DNA from: Candidatus Multivoradales bacterium
GTDB lineage: Bacteria > Acidobacteriota > Thermoanaerobaculia > Multivoradales > J023
Assembly: GCA_965248925.1 (NCBI GenBank)
Contig: CBDFLE010000005.1
Coordinates: 512,001-576,000, forward strand
DNA: 64,000 bases
Direction of reading: 5' to 3'
The notes beneath the pieces are model-generated. The model did no database searches and had not been told where the DNA came from. It saw only the letters and a list, made by a program, of their open reading frames with translations. Every line of letters starts with the position of its first letter. The first letter of the stretch is position 1. The translations under genes were made by a program, and so were the position numbers. Shown here piece after piece: positions 57,027-64,000 of the stretch.

Positions 57027-58223
57027 ATGAAAACCACGATCTTGCTGAGGAGTTGGGTCCTTGTCACGGCGCTGGTGTCGCTTGTTGGACTGGCCCAGGC
57101 GAAAGAGAAGTCAGGCCAAGACGGGTCCAGGATCGAGATTGGCAAGAAGGGTTTACGTTTCGCCACCACCGGCGGCGATTTTAAGCTCAGGCTGGGGGGT
57201 CGCTTACAGATCGACGGCGCGTTGCATGACGAGGATCGCAGTACCTTAGAAGATGGCAGCGAAGTGCGCCGTGCACGGATCTACCTCAAGGGCTCTATGT
57301 TCGACCGCTGGTCATTCAAGGCGCAGGCCGATTTCAGCGACGGCGACGCCGACCTCAAGGATCTATATCTCCGCCATACCGGTCGTAAAGGGACTGAAAT
57401 CACCATCGGCAACTTCAAAGAGCCCTTCGCGATGGAAGAGCAGATCAGCTCCAAGCACATCACCTTCGTCGAGAGATCCCTGCCCATTGCCGCTTTCGCC
57501 CCCGGTCGCGCGGTGGGCTTGGGGATCCACCATGGCAACCAACATGGCGGAGCTTCGGTGGGGCTCTTCGGCGAGGCCATCTCAGGCCATAACAGCTTCG
57601 ACGACCAGGGATTTGGCATCGCCGCCCGCTTCACTCGATCGCCTTTTGTCGGCAAGAGCAAAGTCTTGCACCTGGGATTCGCGACCGCGTACCGCGAGCC
57701 CCGAAGGGGACAGAGGCTGCGCTTCGACGCGGCGCCGGAGTCTTCGGTGGCGGGCGAAGAGCTGGTTCGCACTCGGCGGCTCAACGACGTCCAGGCCACC
57801 GTGAGCTACGGCCTCGAAGCAGCTTGGCGGGCGGGTTCAGTGTCTCTCCAGGGCGAATACATCGGAGTTGAGGTCAACCGCAACGACGGCAAGTCCGATG
57901 TCAGCTTATCTGGCTGGTATACCTACCTCAGCTGGTTCCCCACCGCTGATCGCCGCCCCTACGATGCAGCAGAAGGTGTCTTCGGCCAAGTGAAACCCAA
58001 GCACAAAGGCGGTGCCTGGGAGCTGGCGGTGCGTTTCAGCACCCTCGACCTCGATGGCCCCGGCGCCGATGGCGGCCAGCAAGACAACATCACCCTGGCC
58101 ACCAGCTGGTACCCCAACACCAACCTCCGCTTGATGCTCAACTACGTCATGGTTGACTCTACCCGCCGCGGCCGCGATGACAACCCCAACATCCTGCTGG
58201 CCCGCGCCCAGGTGGTGTTCTAG
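57027..58223 (+). CDS. OprO/OprP-family phosphate-selective porin
   Basis: LGGRLQID, RRARIYLKG, GNFKEPF, FVERS, GAWELAVRFS, WYPNTNLRLMLNY, terminal F. Confidence 0.9.
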   Translation: MKTTILLRSWVLVTALVSLVGLAQAKEKSGQDGSRIEIGKKGLRFATTGGDFKLRLGGRLQIDGALHDEDRSTLEDGSEVRRARIYLKGSMFDRWSFKAQADFSDGDADLKDLYLRHTGRKGTEITIGNFKEPFAMEEQISSKHITFVERSLPIAAFAPGRAVGLGIHHGNQHGGASVGLFGEAISGHNSFDDQGFGIAARFTRSPFVGKSKVLHLGFATAYREPRRGQRLRFDAAPESSVAGEELVRTRRLNDVQATVSYGLEAAWRAGSVSLQGEYIGVEVNRNDGKSDVSLSGWYTYLSWFPTADRRPYDAAEGVFGQVKPKHKGGAWELAVRFSTLDLDGPGADGGQQDNITLATSWYPNTNLRLMLNYVMVDSTRRGRDDNPNILLARAQVVF

Positions 58224-58285
58224 GAACCGGTGTTGGAGTAGGTCTCCCGCCGCTCAAAGAGACCCTGACTTTGGGGCACTCTCAA

Positions 58286-58352
58286 CCCCCCCCCCCCCAA
58301 GAAAAAGCCCTAGGTGGGTGGCACACTTAGCCCTGGCACACTTAGCCCTGGC
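58286..58352. repeat. C13 homopolymer plus 15-bp tandem repeat (TGGCACACTTAGCCC x2)
   Basis: C run at 58286-58298; repeat units at 58319-58333 and 58334-58348 plus a partial TGGC; lies between convergent genes. Confidence 0.85.
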
Positions 58353-58355
58353 GAC

Positions 58356-59998
58356 TCAATCAACCCCGACCCAGCGTGGCGGATCGCCCTCGGGGCTGGC
58401 GGCGACCAGGTGGGCGCCGCGGATGCCGCGGCGCCGGTTGGGGCCGTAGGTGACCGGGCGGGTGACTTGGGTGGGGAAGTCGTACATGCTCTCCAGCGCT
58501 TCGATCAAGCGGCCGCGGGTGAGGCCGCGACCGGCTTGGTTGGCGGCGGCGACGAAGAGCTGGGCGGCGGCGAGGGCGGCGAGCTGGGCGGGACGGTGGC
58601 CAGTGGGCAGCTGGTGACTCTGATTCAGCTGGCGATAAAGTTCGACTCCTTGCGGGTCGAGGTCTCCGGGCAGCGATGGGTAGGCCAGGTAGAGGTCGCC
58701 TAGGTCGTTCCCCGGAGTGCTCAGCAGGGCGCGGCCGCTGAGCATTCCGCAGGCTAGCCAGCGGGTCTTGAAATCCACGCCGCGGGTGGCTTGGATCAAG
58801 CTGCTGGCGGGCTGGCCGGCGAGCAGGATGAAGATGGCGTCAGGACTGCTCGCGGCCAAACTCTCGGCCAGCGCTGCTGGGTTCTCGCCCGGTTGCATAT
58901 GCCAGGACTCTGGTGTGCGCCAGCCGTGGGCCGCGATTTGCTCGAATAACGCCGCCTCGAGCCGGCCGGAAAGTAGATCGGTGCCGCGCACCACGGCGGT
59001 GGTGGGACCCTGCTCACCGAAGCTGCCGGCAAGGGACTCAGCCAAGGCCCGAGTTTGATCTTCGAGACCCGAGTGGATGTAGAAAAGATTGGGGTTGGGA
59101 GGCGGGTGACCGGCGGATCGTAGGTCAGCGGCGCCAGCCAGGGAACTTCGATTTGGTCCAGCAGGCTGGCCAGCTGGTCTTCGACGCCGAACATAGAGCC
59201 GCCGACCAGGGCGAAGATCTTTTGCTCCTCGACCAGCGAGCGTAGTGAGCTCGTGGGGCTGGTCGTGCTAGTGGGGAAGCTCACCTCTACTTTGCGCCCA
59301 TAGATACCCCCCCGTTCGCCGAGGTTGGCGAAGAAGGCATGCAGCATGGCGCGGGCGGCGGTGTTGGGGCCATCGGGTCCGTCGTCTAGCAGCAGGCTGC
59401 CAAGGGTGATCGTGGAGTCGTCGACTCCCGGCTCGGGCTCATTGCCGAGCCTTTTCAAATAGGCCAGCAGGTCGCCCATGTCTCCTTGCGACAGGCGGTA
59501 CCGGGGCATCGCGACTTGCAGCTCATTGCCCCCCGCGTCCCTGCCCATGGTGATCGCTCGCGTGACGCTGCGTTCGTCGTAGGGGGGATGGCGGCGGCCA
59601 CTGGCATGCTCGACTTCGTAGGGGCGGGTCAAGCTCGCCCAGCGCAGGTCGGTGGGGAAGGTGCCGCCTTCGGGCCTGCCTTTGCCGTCGCCGCCGTGGC
59701 AGTTGGCGCAGGGCAGCGCGGCGGCTGGGATCTCGATCTCAGTGCCTTGTAGGGTGGCGGTGATTTCCTTACCGCGGCCGCTGGTGCCCTGGTGGAAGAT
59801 CTGCCGGCCATTCTCTTCGGCCGGGTTTAGCTCGCTGGCCGCGGCAACCGCGGCAACGGCCAGCCAGGTGATCAGCACGGCGGCGGTCGGCCAGCGAAGC
59901 CAGCCCCGAACCACGGGGGTGCGGGCGGGTGAATGAAATCCCCCGGTCCACACCGTGGCAACGCTAGCCGGCCGCCGCCGGCTGATCCCTGCACCCAT
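58356..59998 (-). pseudogene. Cytochrome c plus type-1 periplasmic binding protein fusion, frameshifted near 59100
   Basis: CANCH heme motif, axial MPRY, GGIYGRKV (LivK-like); frame switches at VT|PNPNLFYIHSGLEDQTRAL. May be a sequencing error. Confidence 0.78.
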
Positions 59999-60009
59999 CG
60001 CAAACTCCT

Positions 60010-60624
60010 TTACTGGCCGGCTGAGCCGCTGGCTGAGTCGGCCGCTGGATCGGGTAGGACGTCTTGGATCACCGAGTCGAGCAAGGCGATCAGCTTCTGT
60101 GGCTGGGATAAACCCTGAACTTTCTTCCACAGACTAGTGCGGTCATTGCCAATCATCATTACCGAGGTGTGGGCCGCGGGCTCGTCGACGTATTGCCCCA
60201 ACTTGCGTAATGCCGCCTCGACGTTGGCGACTTCGCCGGAGAGGAAATACCAACCCTCGCGGGAACCGAAGCGCTCGGCGTATTCGGCCAGTCTGGCTTG
60301 GGTGTCGGTAGCCGGGTCGACACTGATCGAGAGCATCAACACCTCCTTTCCCAGGCGCTCACCGAGCCAGTCTTGCACTTTCACTAAATGCCCTGCCATC
60401 ACCGGGCAGGAGCCGGTGCAGGAAGTGAAGAAGGCGTTGATGACGACGATCTTGTCTTGGATCAAGTCGCTGTAGAGGCGCTGGGTCTGGCCGTGCTGAT
60501 CGATCAGCTCGATGTCGGTGAAGTAGCCGTGGGCGGAGCTGTTCTCGGCCAGCAAGCTGGTGCTCGACACGGCCAGCACCAAAGCCAGGAGTGCGCCGCG
60601 ACGGAGCCAGGTGTGAGTGCTCAT
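60010..60624 (-). CDS. SCO1/SenC-family copper chaperone
   Basis: FFTSCTGSCP, ISVDPATDT, His in AAHTS. Confidence 0.9.
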   Translation of the reverse strand: MSTHTWLRRGALLALVLAVSSTSLLAENSSAHGYFTDIELIDQHGQTQRLYSDLIQDKIVVINAFFTSCTGSCPVMAGHLVKVQDWLGERLGKEVLMLSISVDPATDTQARLAEYAERFGSREGWYFLSGEVANVEAALRKLGQYVDEPAAHTSVMMIGNDRTSLWKKVQGLSQPQKLIALLDSVIQDVLPDPAADSASGSAGQ

Positions 60625-61322
60625 CTGCCGGCCTCCACCGAGGCCAGCTGGGCGCCGGAGCCTTCGGCCATGCGTTCGAGTTCGGCTGCCAGCCTGGCCG
60701 GCGCGGTGATGCCGCTGGTGCGCAGCCATTCACCGGTTTTTGCGTTGCCGATCAGGGCCACCGGCGAATGATCGGTCTTCTCGGGGCTGAAGACGCCGAG
60801 GGCCTTGAGCAGGCGGTTAACCTCCGGCACTGAGCCCGTGACCAGGGTCCAACGGTCGCCGGCGCCGAACTTTTTTCCCCAGGCTTCGAGCCGGGCCGGC
60901 GTGTCGACCGCCGGATCGACTGAAACCGAGATCAAACGGGCCTCGGAACCGCTCTCGTCGAGCAGCCGTTCGAGCTTGCCGAAGGTGGCGCCCATCGGCG
61001 GGCAGATGGTGGTGCAGGTGGTGAAGACGAAGTTCATCGCTACTAGTTGGCCAGCGATCAAGTCGCTGTAGAAATTCACCGCTTCGCCGTGCTGATCTAA
61101 GAGGACGACGTCGGGAATGCGGACCTGGGTGTGTTGCCCTTCGCCGTGGGCTGGGGTCGCTGTTGGTTCCGCGTTCGGCGTTGGTTCGGCAGCCGGCGGC
61201 GTATGGCAAGCGGGGGGAGTTGGGTCAGCGCCGAACAGCGGTCCGGCAAGCGACCCGCAGAGCAGGATCAGGCCCAGCACGGCCAACCGTGCCCGGGTGG
61301 GGAAAAAGGGGGAATGCATCAT
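60621..61322 (-). CDS. SCO1/SenC-family copper chaperone
   Basis: FVFTTCTTICP, VSVDPAVDTP, His in TDHSP. Confidence 0.9.
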   Translation of the reverse strand: MMHSPFFPTRARLAVLGLILLCGSLAGPLFGADPTPPACHTPPAAEPTPNAEPTATPAHGEGQHTQVRIPDVVLLDQHGEAVNFYSDLIAGQLVAMNFVFTTCTTICPPMGATFGKLERLLDESGSEARLISVSVDPAVDTPARLEAWGKKFGAGDRWTLVTGSVPEVNRLLKALGVFSPEKTDHSPVALIGNAKTGEWLRTSGITAPARLAAELERMAEGSGAQLASVEAGR

Positions 61323-61363
61323 ATCGGTTCTCCTCGGTTCTTGATTGCGTTAGCTCAGGGTGA

Positions 61364-63360
61364 CTAGCGGCCGGCTGCTGGAGTGGCACCGTTAGTCTCG
61401 GCCGTGGCAGTAGCTGCGCCGGCATGGACGGCCACGAAGGGGGATTCTTTCTTGGTCAGTCCCAAGCTGGTGCTGTACACCGTCAGGTAGTAGACACCGC
61501 TCTCTGGAGCGGTGATTTCGCTTTCGTAGAGGCCGGCCTCGATCTCTTTGGCGGGCCGCCGAACGTGCCAGGTTCCAGGGGCCTTGACGGCTTGCACCAT
61601 CACGTCTTGGGCGCCGCTAGCCGGCTCGCCGGTGCGGCCATCGATCAGCGAGAAGCGCAGCTTGGAGACCTTTCCGACAGCCAGGGCCGGGGTGTCCAGT
61701 TTCGGTTCGACGCGCACTGGCAATCGCGCCAATTGGCGGTCGCGGATGGCCTGGTTGACACCCACTTCGACCTCGAAACAGTGCACCACCCGAGGTGAAT
61801 CCATAAAGAAGATCAGGTCGTAGGTCCCCGGCCCGCGCAAGCGTGCCTCGGTGACGTAGGTGCCGGGCTGGCGCTCGGCAAGACTGCGGTCGAGCACCAT
61901 GACGGCGCGGGGTTCGCGGCTGTAAGTCTTGAAGCTGCCCATCGGTGCCGCCATGCCTTCCTTGTAGAAGTAGATCATCTGGTCGCCGGGATTGGAGATC
62001 AATACGGCGTTGTTGCCGGGAGCCTGGACGATGCCGGCGGCCAGGCTAGGCAAGTTCATCAAGCCGGGCGCTTCCTGGCCGCCGGGGAAATCGGTCACCG
62101 ACAAAGGTGAATTCGGGTCGGCAAGGTTGGCCAGGGAGATCATCAGAACCGCCTCACTGCCGCGGTGACGGACATAAGCCAGGGTCTCGGAGAAGGTCAC
62201 CTGGTCGGGCGCGGTCTCTACTTCGCCACTCTTGATCAGCCGGTTCGAGGCGGCGTCGATCACATGCAGGTAGTTGGTCTCGGCGTTGGGCACCGCCGCG
62301 GTACGGCCATCGGGGGCGAAGCGCAGAAAGTGGATCCCCGGCTCGACCTCGATTTGGGCCCGGAGCTCGAGGCTGCGGGCGTCGATGGCGGTTACCGTGC
62401 CGGCGAAGCGATTGGCGACGTAGACCGCATCGGCGGCGGTGGAGTAGTCGATCGCCGCCGGGCCCGCACCGGTGGCGATGTCGCGCAGCTTGGTTCGCTG
62501 GCGGATATCGATGACCGAGATGTTGCTTTCCAGCTCGTTGGTGACGAAGGCGTAGCGATTGTCGTGGTCGAAGGCGATCTCGTGGTGGCGACACGGCCAA
62601 CCAACTCACGGCTCGCGACATCGAGCACCGCTACGCCGGATTCTATTGCCTCGCCATCGTCGTCGTCGATCGCGTCGATGCCGATCCACAGGTAGCGGCC
62701 GTCACCCTGCAAGGCCAGGCGGCGCGGGGCGGCACCCAACGCGATCTTCTCCAGCACCCGCCAGTCGGCGGTGCGGATAACCGCTACCGAGCCGGCCTCG
62801 GGCATCGAGACGAAGAGGGTGCGCTGGTCCTCCGACAGCACCCAATCCTGCGCCGGGCTTGGCAGACGAACCATGTCGAGCAGCTTGCTGCCGCCGAAGC
62901 CAAACAAGGGATCGACCACGCTGATCGAGGCGTCTTGGTTCATCACCAGCACGTAATAGACGTTCAAATCGAGTTCGGGTTGGGACATCAAGGAGCCGCT
63001 GAGGAATGACTTGAGCTTGTCCTGGCAGGTTACTTCTTCGCCGTTGCTCTGCTTGTCGATGCGGCGGAGATCCATCCAGGCAGCGGGGTAGGCCCCCGAC
63101 ATCGGCTGGCCGGTGAGAGTGTCGGTGACGCGGAACTGAAAGCTCGCGTCAGTGCCTTCTTGCAGCTGGCCGCCGTCGCTGAAGGGCTTCAGGTCGACTT
63201 CGACGCGAATGCCTTCGCGCTCGTAGAGATCGCTGAAATGGCTGCCGCTGCCAGGATCGGCTGTGGCACCGAGGGAGGTCGCGAAGCAAGTGGCGCCGAG
63301 CAAAACGGTGCCGGCCACGACGTGGCGTAAGGGCGAGATTGGGGTTCGGGTTTGGGTCAT
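61364..63360 (-). pseudogene. YVTN/YncE-type beta-propeller protein with C-terminal YtkA/FixH-like domain, frameshifted at about 62585
   Basis: The two ORFs join at GRVAT|HHEIAFDHDNRYAFVTNE; the downstream frame is open from 62588 to 61364; YKEGMAAPMG motif. Confidence 0.8.
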
Positions 63361-63486
63361 GGCTAATACCTCGGGTTCTGTGGGTGCAGGTTGCCCTGGT
63401 GGATGTCGGTCTTGGTGTGAGTTCTTTACGTCGGTTCATCGAAAAATGGGCGGCGCCGCCCCGGAGAGCGGCCGGGGCACCGGTGA

Positions 63487-63523
63487 CGCCGGCAGGAGGG
63501 GCGCCGCGATCCTCCTGCCGGCG
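63487..63523 (-). terminator. 13-bp perfect hairpin right after the multicopper oxidase stop
   Basis: CGCCGGCAGGAGG / CCTCCTGCCGGCG; a second GCCCCGG/CCGGGGC stem follows, then TTTTT. Terminator or mRNA stabiliser. Confidence 0.55.
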
Positions 63524-63532
63524 ATTCTCAGG

Positions 63533-64000
63533 TCAGGGAGTGACCCGCAGGATCCCCCAGATCCCACCTTGCAACATCCAAGGCACGTAGTCGCGGTACA
63601 TGTAGTCACCGGTCACGCCTGCCTTACCCCCAGCTCCGTTCTGCAACAAGATGTCGAAGTGGTTAGTGGGCCCGTGGCCGTGGTGTGCTCCCTTGTATTC
63701 CGACAGCTGGTTGTCGCCGATCGTCCTCGAGGCGTTCTCGTAGGGCAGCTCCTGCCAGATGTGGCCATGGATACCGAAGGTGTTCTGCTGCCCGTGCCCC
63801 GCCGGATTGACCATCCGGAAGCGCACCTGGTCGCCGCTCGTGGCCTGGAACGTCGGGGTTACCGGATCACCTCCGACCGCCGAGTTGGAGAACGCGGTGT
63901 CGAAGAAGGTGAACTGGTTGGCGGCCTGCGGCGTGGTCTCAGGGGCGTAGCCCATGCGATGCCACACCGGTTCGGTGCGGTAGTTGACGGCCTTGTGACC
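63533..64000 (-). CDS. C-terminus of a large multicopper oxidase, MnxG-like (starts outside the window)
   Basis: KAVNYRTEP, GDPVTPTF, GDQVRFR, FGIHGHIWQ, HFDI, AGG..GDYMYRD..GIWGILRV; followed by beta-propeller, 2 x SCO and cytochrome c. Confidence 0.75.
   Translation of the reverse strand, partial: GHKAVNYRTEPVWHRMGYAPETTPQAANQFTFFDTAFSNSAVGGDPVTPTFQATSGDQVRFRMVNPAGHGQQNTFGIHGHIWQELPYENASRTIGDNQLSEYKGAHHGHGPTNHFDILLQNGAGGKAGVTGDYMYRDYVPWMLQGGIWGILRVTP

Noticed and set aside
58319-58348. Sigma54 promoter (TGGCAC)
   Set aside because: No TTGC at the required spacing, and the site lies between convergent gene ends.

Overview
A GC-rich bacterial chromosome segment. DUF6677, tandem Hanks kinases, TPR-CHAT, a C-terminal DGFE motif and an LCL..GRF C-terminal domain suggest Acidobacteriota, probably Thermoanaerobaculia-like (inference). 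Layout: (1) 1-2.1 kb, a metal/metalloid module (arsR, aquaglyceroporin, a His/Cys-rich RPP-ending leader peptide, partial CzcB/CusB). (2) 2.2-44 kb, mostly core genes: PBP1A, uvrB, uvrC, rnpB, LD-carboxypeptidase, recG, scpA-scpB-rluB-cmk-rpsA-ihfB, lpxB-msbA, yicC-rpoZ-udg, glycosyltransferases, a Phd-VapC pair, two Ser/Thr kinases, thrC, speB, radC, hslO, tatD. (3) 44.2-58.3 kb, an accessory island: receiver-TM-periplasmic protein, tandem cohesin-like secreted protein, exported TPR-CHAT protease, degenerate-GGDEF/EAL protein, a 5x Calx-beta poly-Gly surface protein, and ppk1-PycTM-like(DUF5706)-DUF3616-OprO/P. (4) 58.4-64 kb, an MnxG-type multicopper-oxidase operon carrying two frameshifts. 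The most notable signal is that four promoter regions in the island share one motif with identical spacing, (G/T)TCA(T/C)-N6-TTCAT-N11-TAnnnn. This is a Pho-box-like 11-bp-period repeat, and it suggests one regulon joining polyphosphate/phosphate genes to a protease/c-di-GMP/adhesin module. Many genes look leaderless and two appear to start with CTG. No tRNA, rRNA, CRISPR array or intact transposase was seen. Family calls are from motif recognition only; no database search was run.
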